Origin: a virus
Taxonomy: Duplodnaviria; Caudoviricetes
IMG/VR virus record: IMGVR_UViG_3300009593_000019
Span: 1-61,109 of that record
Length of the DNA stretch: 61,109 nt
Reading direction: 5' to 3' (one strand)
The number at the start of each line of letters is the position of its first letter. The stretch's first letter is position 1. The notes beneath the pieces are model-generated. The model was not told the DNA's origin. It saw nothing but the letters and a program-made list of their open reading frames with translations, and ran no database searches. A program made the position numbers and the translations under genes. This document shows positions 19,791-28,803 of this stretch, piece after piece.

Positions 19791-20350
19791 TGACACCTAT
19801 GAGATTAACATTTTATATGGGATTGATTGCTTTAGTCTGTATATGTACAAACATTGCATATGGACAAGAGATTATGCCTAAACCTATTACTTACAAAGAA
19901 GAGAGCAAGGTAAATTCTGCTCCTGTAAGCGAAGTATACATAAGTGAGATACACGAAAAGGTCAACAAGAAGTTGAAGTTGATGGGAGAGAATGAAAAGA
20001 ATGGTGTATTACATACAAAAGTTTTAGATAGATTTGAAAGAGACGGTCAATGGTGTTTCATTAAGATTGTCATAAAAGAACTAGATGATAAGACTATTGT
20101 AAAAGAAGAGATTATGGAATGTGCTGATACTGAACACGGTAAAACAGACAAAGAAAGAATTAAGGAACTGGAGAAGATGATAGAGTTAGAGAAAGCAAAG
20201 AAACCTGGTTATTGGGAACTATTTGCTGCCTTCTATTATAAAGACTTAAATGCTCCAGAATATTGTAGGTTATATTCTCAACCTACACACGCTTTTAAAT
20301 CCTTCGGAAGAGCGTGTTTAACAAACGAAGGTACTTGGGAGAGAAAATAA
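19790..20350 (+). CDS. Secreted protein with C-terminal CR.Y...GRAC...GTW module
   Basis: Signal peptide; tail resembles the C-terminal domain of the upstream lipoprotein. Confidence 0.65.
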   Translation: MTPMRLTFYMGLIALVCICTNIAYGQEIMPKPITYKEESKVNSAPVSEVYISEIHEKVNKKLKLMGENEKNGVLHTKVLDRFERDGQWCFIKIVIKELDDKTIVKEEIMECADTEHGKTDKERIKELEKMIELEKAKKPGYWELFAAFYYKDLNAPEYCRLYSQPTHAFKSFGRACLTNEGTWERK

Positions 20351-20505
20351 TGATTAAAAATATAATCATATTAGGTCTCCTTTTTATGTTAATAACAGGT
20401 GTAAGTACAACGGAAGTTGTTGCTTATGTAGAAGATAACCAGCTTATTGACAAGTTGAGTGAAATGTTATATAATGTAGTTAGGAGTGTGAAAAACAATG
20501 TATAA
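20350..20505 (+). CDS. Small secreted/membrane peptide
   Basis: TAATG coupling, GGAG RBS. Confidence 0.6.
   Translation: MIKNIIILGLLFMLITGVSTTEVVAYVEDNQLIDKLSEMLYNVVRSVKNNV
20447..20475 (+). promoter_or_regulatory. Consensus sigma70 promoter inside a coding region
   Basis: TTGACA-17-TATAAT just upstream of ORF 20498. Confidence 0.7.
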
Positions 20506-21148
20506 AAACATAGTAAAACTAGGATTGTTAGGCGTCCTAATCATTGGCCTAAATGCTTGTTCGTCAAAGACTTATAAGATTAAGCAAGAGACAGACAAGT
20601 TAGTTAACGAAGTGCCGTCTTGGTATATGGCAGACTTTGATAATGCTAAACATTGCGACATATCAATGTGGGCAAACAATGGTGTTATCAAAACAGAAGA
20701 TGATGACAAGACTTGCATATTTGGTGTTGGTACGAGTGTATCACCATCATTAGAACTTGCGATTGAGAAAGCGAAGTTGATTGCGAAAGCAGAAATGGCT
20801 GATATTGTTGCAGGTGAAATGAACAAGAAGGCGAAAATCTTTGTAACCGAGATAGGTAAAACAAATGTTAAGACCGTGGTTACAGAAGTAGAAACAGCGA
20901 TGGTAAATGTCATTGCGAATACACCAGTGAGAGGATATGAAATCTTTGCACAAGAGGTAACTAGAACGAAGAACGGTTACTATAGAGCGTGGATAGGTTT
21001 AAGACTACCACTTGGTGAGTTTAATAAGATGTACGATTACACAATTGCAGAAATTGTTGATAGTCATAAACTTAAACTAAAAGCTGCTGAAGCCTTCAAA
21101 AGTGTTGAAGACACAGCAAAGGCAAAAAAAGATGGCAAAAGCGAATAA
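20498..21148 (+). CDS. LPP20-like lipoprotein
   Basis: Lipobox LNAC; PSWY...GVGTS...LAIEKAKLIAKAEMA pattern. Confidence 0.65.
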   Translation: MYKNIVKLGLLGVLIIGLNACSSKTYKIKQETDKLVNEVPSWYMADFDNAKHCDISMWANNGVIKTEDDDKTCIFGVGTSVSPSLELAIEKAKLIAKAEMADIVAGEMNKKAKIFVTEIGKTNVKTVVTEVETAMVNVIANTPVRGYEIFAQEVTRTKNGYYRAWIGLRLPLGEFNKMYDYTIAEIVDSHKLKLKAAEAFKSVEDTAKAKKDGKSE

Positions 21149-21404
21149 TATAATCGTTTACACAAAAGACAATTGTCCATTTTGTGTTAAAGCAAAGGCC
21201 TTGATAAAAGGCCTTGGCTTCCCTTATAAAGAAAAGAACTTGAAAGAGTTTGAAAGTCCAGAGGCAATGATTAAAGACATTGGTAAGAATGTAAGGTCAA
21301 TGCCACAAATTAAAATAGATGATGAACTTGTTGGTGGATACAATCAGTTAATTGAGTATTACAACAAACAAGGTCTCGTTGATTTCAAAGGAAATAAGAT
21401 ATAG
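21132..21404 (+). CDS. nrdC: Glutaredoxin
   Basis: YTKDNCPFC, MPQI and VGGY motifs. Confidence 0.9.
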   Translation: MAKANNIIVYTKDNCPFCVKAKALIKGLGFPYKEKNLKEFESPEAMIKDIGKNVRSMPQIKIDDELVGGYNQLIEYYNKQGLVDFKGNKI

Positions 21405-21946
21405 TGTCAGATGAACCTAAAAAACCATACGAGAATGTTATTTTGTTTCCTGAAAACAAGATAGCAAAGAAACCTCAACCAGTAGACCCGAAAGCACAAG
21501 AGAAGATGAGAGACTATCAGGCTGCTAAATTTGTAGAGACTTCTACAGATGATATTGGTTTAGATTTGATTAGAAGATTTGTACAAATGGGACTTGATAC
21601 GAAACAAGATGTATTCACAAAAGACCTTGCAATGACAATGGATGCTGTCAGAGGTCTTTTGTACAGACAATTTAAATTGAAACACCCTATACAAAAGGTG
21701 ATTGACCAGGCAGTAAAATTAAAGATGAATAAGAAAGGTGTTGTAACCGCTCGTATTGAATATGCAAATATGACAGATGAAAGCGAAGCGACAACTAAAC
21801 CTTTAAACAAAGAAGTATCAGATGAACTAAACGAAAGAAACAATGGTATGTTTATGTTCACAGAAGATTTTGAATTCAAACCAGACTTCAATCCACTAGA
21901 TGATGATGATGGTTATGATGGTCCGCCAAGTGATACGGACAAATAG
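21404..21946 (+). CDS. Hypothetical protein (NVILFP motif)
   Basis: Coupled GTG start; acidic C-terminus. Confidence 0.7.
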   Translation: MSDEPKKPYENVILFPENKIAKKPQPVDPKAQEKMRDYQAAKFVETSTDDIGLDLIRRFVQMGLDTKQDVFTKDLAMTMDAVRGLLYRQFKLKHPIQKVIDQAVKLKMNKKGVVTARIEYANMTDESEATTKPLNKEVSDELNERNNGMFMFTEDFEFKPDFNPLDDDDGYDGPPSDTDK

Positions 21947-22077
21947 AATTTGACTATGGAAAACCATTATAATGCGATTGACCATAGCAAGTTGTCAGAC
22001 AAGACATTAAAATCAAATTGAAAAGGAGGTTAAACATAATGTTTAACATTTTTAAATTATCTAAAGGAGATAAAACT

Positions 22078-22341
22078 ATGGCTAGAACAAAGCTAACTAA
22101 AACTGAAAAAGTGAGAAATCTTTTTCTTTCAGGTACAGATGTTTCTTGGAAAACTTTGAGAAACAAATTTGACCTAACTTCACCAGCTGCAATGGTTGGT
22201 AAATTGAGAAACGAAGGTTTAATGATTTACGAAAATAAATCATCTAAAGGTGTTTCTTATAGAGTTGGTACACCATCAAAAGCGATTATCGCTGCTGGTA
22301 TCAACAAAGTGTTCGGTAAACAAGTAGCTTACTCAGCATAA
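22078..22341 (+). CDS. Putative winged-HTH DNA-binding protein
   Basis: AAGGAG RBS; LRNKFDLTSPAAMVGKLRNEG...YRVGTPS pattern; alternative upstream start at 22039. Confidence 0.65.
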   Translation: MARTKLTKTEKVRNLFLSGTDVSWKTLRNKFDLTSPAAMVGKLRNEGLMIYENKSSKGVSYRVGTPSKAIIAAGINKVFGKQVAYSA

Positions 22342-22345
22342 TTGA

Positions 22346-22418
22346 ACTCACAGGTGAAAGCGAGAGTGGAAACCTAGAGTATTTTGAGGCGAGGAAAGCG
22401 AGAGTGGAACTCGCCTCA
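22346..22418 (+). ncRNA. Tandem structured RNA motif (two hairpins with identical GAAAGCGAGAGUGGAA core)
   Basis: 16-nt repeat at 22356-71 and 22394-409, each closed by a different complementary stem. Confidence 0.55.
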
Positions 22419-22444
22419 TTATTTAACTAATATAGAAAGTGTTT

Positions 22445-22669
22445 ATGAGTGATAAAGATATTGATTTAGGTATGAACCACGGTCCAGATACTAGAGACCA
22501 CGATACGACATATGAGAATGAACAATCAATGGTTACTATACCTTTAAGAGATTATGATAGATTGAAAGACCAAGAAAAATATATTACAGACCCTAACTTG
22601 ATTGCTAGTATTGACAAGATAGAGTTTTTTGTAAAAGAGTTAAGAAAACATATAGTAAGGAAATTATAA
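22445..22669 (+). CDS. Hypothetical protein
   Basis: ORF track; coupled to the next gene. Confidence 0.65.
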   Translation: MSDKDIDLGMNHGPDTRDHDTTYENEQSMVTIPLRDYDRLKDQEKYITDPNLIASIDKIEFFVKELRKHIVRKL

Positions 22670-22929
22670 TGGCAGGTATAGCAACATTTGGAAATATATT
22701 TGACACGAAGAGAACAGGTGTCAGAAAACTAAAGATTAAGATTACAGACGGAAAAGAGTTTACAGAAGAAAAAGAAGGTTTGTCTTTTAAGAAGATATTT
22801 AAATCTGTACAATCATCAGCACCGAAAGGTACTAGTGAATTGAGAGTTGAATATAAGAATAGAAAAGGCACATTGATTGACCGATGGGTAAAAGTACCTA
22901 TGGGTAGACATAAAAAGATTGGGAGATAA
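22669..22929 (+). CDS. Hypothetical basic protein
   Basis: TAATG coupling, AAGGA RBS. Confidence 0.7.
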   Translation: MAGIATFGNIFDTKRTGVRKLKIKITDGKEFTEEKEGLSFKKIFKSVQSSAPKGTSELRVEYKNRKGTLIDRWVKVPMGRHKKIGR

Positions 22930-22931
22930 AT

Positions 22932-23795
22932 TTGATTATAGTTGATATGCACCAAGTGTTAATCAGTAATCTGATGGCACAAATGGCAAAAGTATCATAC
23001 CAGAAAGGAAGTCAACCTGGTCTGGCCAATAAAGAAATGGTTAGATATATGGTTTGTAATTCACTTAAAGGTTATATCAGAAAGTTTGGTAACGAATACG
23101 GAAAAGATTTAGTACTTGCTTGTGATAGTGCAGACCCTTGGAGAAGAGAGTTTTTTCCTCAATACAAGGCAAGTAGAAAGACAAGTAGAGAAGAAAGTAC
23201 AAACAATTGGGACCATCTATTTAATCTGATATGGGAAATCAAAGAAGAGATTAAGGAGAACTTTCCTTATAAAGTCATTGCGATTGATAATGCAGAAGCA
23301 GACGACATAATTGCAACTATCATCAAAATGCAGACGGAAGACAAGTATCTAATTATATCAGGCGATAAAGACTTTAAACAACTACAGAAGTATAGTAATG
23401 TAAGTCAATATAGTCCGATACAAAAGGTAATGGTAGTAGAAGATAATCCCATTAGGTACTTACACGAACAGATTATCAAAGGAGACAGGTCAGACGGTAT
23501 ACCTAATATCTTATCGCCAGATGATGTCTTTATTACCAAGACTAAACAAAGTCCTATTACGAAGAAGAAACTAGCAGAATGGTCAGAAGTTGATGATATT
23601 CCACTAGGTTCAGAAACGAAGAAATACTACAATAGGAATAAGAAACTGATAGATTTAGAGCAGATTCCAAACGCTCTGGTAGAATCTATTATAAATAGCT
23701 TTAAACAATACGAAGTACCTAATAGGTCCAAACTATTACCGTACTTTATTGATAACAAACTGAAATCGTTGATTGAACATATTAATGATTTTTAA
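22932..23795 (+). CDS. rnh: T4-like RNase H (5'-3' exonuclease, FEN family)
   Basis: IIVD, YKASRK, AEADDIIA, ISGDKDFKQL and GDRSDGIPN motifs. Confidence 0.93.
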   Translation: MIIVDMHQVLISNLMAQMAKVSYQKGSQPGLANKEMVRYMVCNSLKGYIRKFGNEYGKDLVLACDSADPWRREFFPQYKASRKTSREESTNNWDHLFNLIWEIKEEIKENFPYKVIAIDNAEADDIIATIIKMQTEDKYLIISGDKDFKQLQKYSNVSQYSPIQKVMVVEDNPIRYLHEQIIKGDRSDGIPNILSPDDVFITKTKQSPITKKKLAEWSEVDDIPLGSETKKYYNRNKKLIDLEQIPNALVESIINSFKQYEVPNRSKLLPYFIDNKLKSLIEHINDF

Positions 23796-23821
23796 TATTG
23801 CAATATTAAGAGGATAATGAA

Positions 23822-24331
23822 ATGGCTGAACAAAATAGTAATCTAACTAACAATAGTTTGAGGCAGGCAGCGATGTCTTCTTCATCTATGGCTCTCACAT
23901 TCCACGAAATACTAACCAAAGTAAATAACGCTAAAGACAAGGCAAAGAAGATGGAAGTCTTACGCCAGTATGATACACAGGCATTAAGACAAATTCTTAA
24001 AGGTGCGTTTGACCCTCGTATAGAATGGGACTTACCGAAAGGTACACCACCATATATAGAGAACGAAGCGCCTGTAGGTACTGAACACACTTACCTTGAA
24101 ACTGAAGCAAAGAGACTTTGGCATTTTGTGAAAGGTGCAGACCAAAATCTATCCAAGGTAAAGAAAGAAACACTTTTCATACAAATTTTAGAAGGTTTAC
24201 ACGCTGACGAAGCAAAACTGCTTATCGGTGTAAAAGAGAAGAAGTTAAACAATGTATATAAAGGTCTTACAGCGGCTCTAATCAAAGAGGCGTTTGGGTG
24301 GAATGAAGATTTTGTTAAATTAGAGGCATAA
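23822..24331 (+). CDS. Conserved hypothetical protein of T4-like phages (DUF6433-like)
   Basis: EIL.KV.NAK...FDP.I.W.LP.G.PPY...FIQILEGLH..EA pattern; typical position after rnh. Confidence 0.7.
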   Translation: MAEQNSNLTNNSLRQAAMSSSSMALTFHEILTKVNNAKDKAKKMEVLRQYDTQALRQILKGAFDPRIEWDLPKGTPPYIENEAPVGTEHTYLETEAKRLWHFVKGADQNLSKVKKETLFIQILEGLHADEAKLLIGVKEKKLNNVYKGLTAALIKEAFGWNEDFVKLEA

Positions 24332-24347
24332 TACAACTCACGGTTTC

Positions 24348-24376
24348 GGGTATTTCCCTGTAAAAATACCCACTTT
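24348..24376 (+). terminator. Probable terminator hairpin
   Basis: GGGTATTT/AAATACCC stem followed by ACTTTT. Confidence 0.5.
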
Positions 24377-24402
24377 TCCCCCAAAATAAAGGCATTTTTT
24401 GC

Positions 24403-24436
24403 TTGACAAAGCTTCTTGGAAGTGATACTATAAATA
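24403..24436 (+). promoter_or_regulatory. Overlapping sigma70 promoter and T4 late promoter
   Basis: TTGACA-17-TACTAT (24426-31) overlapping TATAAATA (24429-36). Confidence 0.75.
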
Positions 24437-24461
24437 TATTAATGATAACGAAAGGTATATA

Positions 24462-24794
24462 ATGTATAATTTGATAAAAGAAACAATATCATTGTTAGTC
24501 TATTTCATAGTTTTCCTTTGGTTAGTTGGTGTAGGTTTACACTTAACTATGCAAAAGGCAAAAGCAAGTGATTATGCGACAGCGACTGGCGCCCATATAA
24601 TCACTCAAACGGTTAAAGGTAATATAGACCATAAAGCCGTTATGACTTCTGAAATAGAAAAGATGGCACATACAATGGCCATAGAAATGACTTTTGTATT
24701 ACAAAAGCATTTGCCTAATATTTTAGAAAGTATCGCCGCTGACATAAGAGTTAACGGCATAGACAAAGTATATAAAGACAAACAAACAAAATAA
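24462..24794 (+). CDS. Hypothetical membrane/secreted protein
   Basis: AAGGT RBS, N-terminal TM. Confidence 0.7.
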   Translation: MYNLIKETISLLVYFIVFLWLVGVGLHLTMQKAKASDYATATGAHIITQTVKGNIDHKAVMTSEIEKMAHTMAIEMTFVLQKHLPNILESIAADIRVNGIDKVYKDKQTK

Positions 24795-24802
24795 GGAGAC
24801 TT

Positions 24803-24973
24803 ATGGAAAACTTGATATACTCAATGGCAGATATGGTGTCTGTTATGAAGACCATAATGCCTATTGAACTATGGATAATAATACTTGGTGGTATTACATC
24901 CTTTTTGATTATGGAGTATAGTGATAGAAAGAGACAAAGACTAGAGTTATTACGAGACAAAATCAAAAGATAA
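24803..24973 (+). CDS. Small single-TM protein (56 aa)
   Basis: AAGGAG RBS; MENLIYSMADMV...; below the ORF-track cutoff. Confidence 0.65.
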   Translation: MENLIYSMADMVSVMKTIMPIELWIIILGGITSFLIMEYSDRKRQRLELLRDKIKR

Positions 24974-24984
24974 GAGAGAGACAA

Positions 24985-25410
24985 ATGCCAAAAGAAACAA
25001 AACCTAAATCAGTTAGGTATGCAACTTTAAAGAAGAGAGTAAAGGCGGAATATGAGCATACCAGACAATATAAGACTACTTACAAAGATATTAAGAAAGT
25101 CTTTAGTTGGATTAATGACGCTGTATTTGATGGCAAACTTGCACCTTTCAATGAGATTACGATTAAAGATTTGAGACCGATTAAATGTTTTGGTCAGGTT
25201 ACACAATGGGAGTGGAAAAGAAAAGGCACTCAATCGTTTCACTTGGAAATGTGTGAGAAGTATAGTAATAAAAAAGAATTCATTAGTACATTGGCACACG
25301 AAATGGTCCATTTGTATCAAATGAGAAATGCAGGAGATAGTGGTAATCATAATAAGCTGTTCTATTCATTTAAGACCCCTATGAAAAGAGCCGGCATTGA
25401 TATGATATAA
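24985..25410 (+). CDS. SprT-like zinc metalloprotease
   Basis: TLAHEMVH HExxH motif plus a downstream H...F. Confidence 0.85.
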   Translation: MPKETKPKSVRYATLKKRVKAEYEHTRQYKTTYKDIKKVFSWINDAVFDGKLAPFNEITIKDLRPIKCFGQVTQWEWKRKGTQSFHLEMCEKYSNKKEFISTLAHEMVHLYQMRNAGDSGNHNKLFYSFKTPMKRAGIDMI

Positions 25411-25423
25411 CACTAATATAATT

Positions 25424-26113
25424 ATGGTGAGAAAAGTGAAAATAAATTATGTAGAAAAAGTCCGTGTTGCAAAGATGTGGGCAAAAAGAATAATAGGTGT
25501 ATCAATGTTATTTCTTATAACATATGTAATAGGTACATTTAATCCGAACGATTACAAATTAAACAAACTATCAAAAGAGTACGAACTCAAATACCTTGAA
25601 AAGTTAAAAGAGTTAGATTTACGAGAACCTGAATTTACATATAATAATGATATGCAATTTGTTAGGGCAACTCATAAATGTATTGACTATCATAACTTCA
25701 CATTGGCAGAAGTGTTTAGAGTACCTTATGAAATGGTGACAGCACAGGCCGCTTTAGAGAGTGGTTGGGGTACGAGTAGATTTGCAAAAGAAGGTAATAA
25801 CCTTTTTGGTATTAGAGTATTCAATAAAGAATATCCTCATATGCTACCTTTATCACAAAAAGAGTGGAAAGGTTGGGGTGTAAGAATATTCGCTACGAAG
25901 TGCGATAGTGTAAAAGAATATATTAGGTTGATGAATGAACACCCAGCCTATGAGAAATTCCGTAAGTTAAGATTAAGACAACTTGCAGAAGACGGCAAAA
26001 TGGACCCAATTGAATTAGTTAAGACATTGGATAAATTTAGTACAACACCTGATTACGCAGAGCGTGTAATTGTTATTATTAAAAAAATACGAAAACTTGA
26101 GGAGAGTAAATAA
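25424..26113 (+). CDS. Glucosaminidase (GH73/Bax-like) peptidoglycan hydrolase with N-terminal TM
   Basis: AQAALESGWGTSRFAKEGNNLFGI motif; FSTTPDY variant of YATDPxY. Confidence 0.85.
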   Translation: MVRKVKINYVEKVRVAKMWAKRIIGVSMLFLITYVIGTFNPNDYKLNKLSKEYELKYLEKLKELDLREPEFTYNNDMQFVRATHKCIDYHNFTLAEVFRVPYEMVTAQAALESGWGTSRFAKEGNNLFGIRVFNKEYPHMLPLSQKEWKGWGVRIFATKCDSVKEYIRLMNEHPAYEKFRKLRLRQLAEDGKMDPIELVKTLDKFSTTPDYAERVIVIIKKIRKLEESK

Positions 26114-26421
26114 TGAGACCTAATAATTGGGAAGATGAAAGTTATAATAATATTAAGGAAGACAATACTCCGTATATGGATCCTTATCTAAAGAATATGA
26201 TTGAGAAAGCATTTAAAATTTTTGACACATTACGGCAAGGTCAACAGAAAGTATACTTTACAGGTTTCTGGCAACCAGATGTAATGAGGTGTTTTCCAGG
26301 TAGACAATCTAAAAAGATATTTAAGAAAATGCAGACAGCGTTGAATAGACCAGAACTACAATTCTTTCAAAAGAAGTTAGATGGCGTTGACGGATATGAA
26401 TATATAGTAAGAAGGAGATAA
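26113..26421 (+). CDS. Hypothetical protein
   Basis: GGAG RBS, TAATG coupling. Confidence 0.7.
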   Translation: MRPNNWEDESYNNIKEDNTPYMDPYLKNMIEKAFKIFDTLRQGQQKVYFTGFWQPDVMRCFPGRQSKKIFKKMQTALNRPELQFFQKKLDGVDGYEYIVRRR

Positions 26422-26422
26422 A

Positions 26423-27490
26423 ATGGGTATATTAGCATTTTTATCAGCATTAAGTATTTCAAGTGTTGCAGCCTTGTATAGTATACTAGGTCTTGCCGCT
26501 ATCTTTGCAGGTGCGAAGATACCTATTATGATAATGGGTGGTGTACTTGAAGTTGGCAAACTAGTAACCGCTTCTTGGTTGTATCAAAACTGGAAGAATA
26601 AAGACTTACCTAAAACAATAAAATATTACTTGACAACTTCTGTAGTTGTGTTAGTATTTGTTACCAGTATGGGTATCTTTGGTTTCTTATCAAAGGCACA
26701 CCTAGACCAGGTAACTCCGACTTCTAATTATACAAGTAAGATTACATTAATAGACCAGAGAATATTACAAGAAGAACGAGTTATAGAACGAGCAGAAAAA
26801 ACTTTAGTACAACTAGATAAATCAATTGAAGTGTATTTAGAAAATGAATATGCAACAAGAGGTTTAAGAGAACGAAAGAGACAAAAACCAGAACGAGACG
26901 AATTAAAACTAACAATTGATACTGCTATGAATAACATAGACAAGTTAATGTTAGATAAGAATACAATTGAATTACAACAATCAAAGATAGAGGCAGAAGT
27001 AGGTCCTCTTAAATATATTGCAGAATTAATATATGGTGATAATGCAAAAGACTATTTTGACGAAGCAGTAAGGTGGGTTATAATAGTATTGATATTTGTA
27101 TTTGACCCTCTTGCAGTATTACTATTAATCGCTGCCAACATATCATTAGCACAATGGAACGAAGGTAGAAAAAAGAAAAAACAAGTATCGTTGAGACAAC
27201 TTGATTTAAAGATTAAGAAAGAGAACGAGAAACATAAAGAAGCAAGTAAACAGATTAAGAACTACAAAGAGTTTTTTACAAAGTTAGCAGGTAAAAATCT
27301 AACGAATGAAGACTATGAGAAGTTTTTTAAGATATTAGGTAATAAAGAATTAAGAGAAATGGGTCTGGATCCAGATGAGATTCGTATTAAGATGGACCAG
27401 GTATTAGACTGGAATGCTACAGAAGTAGCAGAAGTCGCTGAAAAAGATGACAAAACACTAGTTAAATCAAAGCTTGACAAAGAAGTATAG
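26423..27490 (+). CDS. Membrane protein with coiled coil (conserved in large myoviruses)
   Basis: Multiple TMs; LEVGKLV, GIFGFLSKAH, EVGPLKY and FVFDPLAV motifs. Confidence 0.75.
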   Translation: MGILAFLSALSISSVAALYSILGLAAIFAGAKIPIMIMGGVLEVGKLVTASWLYQNWKNKDLPKTIKYYLTTSVVVLVFVTSMGIFGFLSKAHLDQVTPTSNYTSKITLIDQRILQEERVIERAEKTLVQLDKSIEVYLENEYATRGLRERKRQKPERDELKLTIDTAMNNIDKLMLDKNTIELQQSKIEAEVGPLKYIAELIYGDNAKDYFDEAVRWVIIVLIFVFDPLAVLLLIAANISLAQWNEGRKKKKQVSLRQLDLKIKKENEKHKEASKQIKNYKEFFTKLAGKNLTNEDYEKFFKILGNKELREMGLDPDEIRIKMDQVLDWNATEVAEVAEKDDKTLVKSKLDKEV

Positions 27491-27502
27491 GAGTGATATA
27501 AT
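27474..27502 (+). promoter_or_regulatory. Consensus sigma70 promoter
   Basis: TTGACA-17-TATAAT with TGn extension. Confidence 0.8.
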
Positions 27503-27649
27503 ATGAAGATGATTTACACAAAAAAGAGACAAAACGAATTGATTGCAAATGCAGAAAAAATGATGAACAAGGCACAATCAAAATGGGCAACTATGTTCTG
27601 GACTGGTGTCTGGAAACAATTGTGTATTAAATTCGGAAAGGTGAACTAG
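27503..27649 (+). CDS. Small hypothetical protein (48 aa; alternative leaderless start at 27509)
   Basis: MKMIYTKKRQNELIANAEKMMNKAQSKWATMFW...; AGGAG RBS; coupled to the next gene. Confidence 0.65.
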   Translation: MKMIYTKKRQNELIANAEKMMNKAQSKWATMFWTGVWKQLCIKFGKVN

Positions 27650-28239
27650 TGAATATATTTGCTTTAGATAAAGACCCTATTGTTGCAGCCAAGATGGCGT
27701 GTGATAAACATATTGTAAAGATGATACTAGAGAGTGCTCAAATGCTATGTACAGCAAAAAGAGTTACCGATGGTACTTTATATATTGACAAAACTAAAAA
27801 CGGTAGAGATATTAAAAGATGGCGATTGCCAAATACTAACGAAGAGGCAATTATCTACAAAGCAGGTTGGTTAGGTCACCCTAGTACGAAGTGGGTACTT
27901 GAAAGTGCATACAACTATGTCTGGTTATACAGACACTTCAAAGCATTGAATGATGAGTTTATGGAAAGATTTCCTAAAAACAAAAAGACAGGTGGTCATA
28001 AATCATTTTTATTACTAGGTGAGATATTGAAAGACCCACCTAAAAATTCACCTATCAATAAGATAGGTAGTTTACCAACACCAGCAATGCCAGAAGAATG
28101 TAAAGTATTCAATGAAGGTGTTATTGATGTTGTTGAGAGTTATAGAAAATATTATATTATGAAAAAGAAAGACTTTGCCAGATGGACTTATCCAGGTAAA
28201 GCACCAGTATGGTTTACAGAAGGAGTAGCGAATGCTTAA
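27649..28239 (+). CDS. Pyrimidine-dimer DNA glycosylase / endonuclease V-like family protein
   Basis: MNIF.LD.DP..AA...CDKHIVKMILESAQML, HPST.W and PAMP...YR.YY motifs. Confidence 0.75.
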   Translation: MNIFALDKDPIVAAKMACDKHIVKMILESAQMLCTAKRVTDGTLYIDKTKNGRDIKRWRLPNTNEEAIIYKAGWLGHPSTKWVLESAYNYVWLYRHFKALNDEFMERFPKNKKTGGHKSFLLLGEILKDPPKNSPINKIGSLPTPAMPEECKVFNEGVIDVVESYRKYYIMKKKDFARWTYPGKAPVWFTEGVANA

Positions 28240-28393
28240 TTTAGAGTACGGACTATTATTCTTTTTGATTGGTATGACGGTAACAATAGGTGGTTTCTTT
28301 ATTGCTTATCTTGTTGCAAGTCATAAACCAAAAGAGACTATAGAAGAAGAGAATGCTCTTACGGATTATCGTAGAGATTTTATGAATAAATAA
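28232..28393 (+). CDS. Small single-TM protein (53 aa)
   Basis: AAGGAG RBS; MLNLEYGLLFFLIG... Confidence 0.65.
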   Translation: MLNLEYGLLFFLIGMTVTIGGFFIAYLVASHKPKETIEEENALTDYRRDFMNK

Positions 28394-28409
28394 AGAGAAG
28401 GAATAAATT

Positions 28410-28796
28410 ATGATGATAGAAACATTAGTAGGTAAAACAATTGTATTTTTAAACAACATACAATTGGCACATTGGCAGACACGAAGTTATAGTGAACACG
28501 AAGGACTTGGTGAATATTACACAAAGTTAAATACTTTGAATGATAGATTAGTAGAAACCTATCAAGGTAATAGTAATACAAGAATTCATATTGAAAGTGG
28601 ACAACACACATTACAAAACTACCAAAGTGTTGCTCATACTATTTCAGAAATTGTACAATACTCACAAGACTTAGCGAAAGCGTCTTATGACTTATCACAA
28701 AAGAACGATATGAACCAGTATGAAGACCAGTTATCTATACTTGAAGATATGGCTGAAGCAACTAGTCAAATTCAGTATCATTTAACGCTGAAGTAG
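28410..28796 (+). CDS. Ferritin/Dps-like four-helix protein (DUF5856-like)
   Basis: HWQT.SYSEHE.LGEYY..L....D.LVE.YQG pattern. Confidence 0.7.
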   Translation: MMIETLVGKTIVFLNNIQLAHWQTRSYSEHEGLGEYYTKLNTLNDRLVETYQGNSNTRIHIESGQHTLQNYQSVAHTISEIVQYSQDLAKASYDLSQKNDMNQYEDQLSILEDMAEATSQIQYHLTLK

Positions 28797-28803
28797 TATC
28801 ACA

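Noticed and set aside
22346-22418. Hammerhead ribozyme or CRISPR mini-array
   Set aside because: No CUGAUGA core; only two 16-nt copies inside self-complementary stems, so the geometry does not fit repeat-spacer units.
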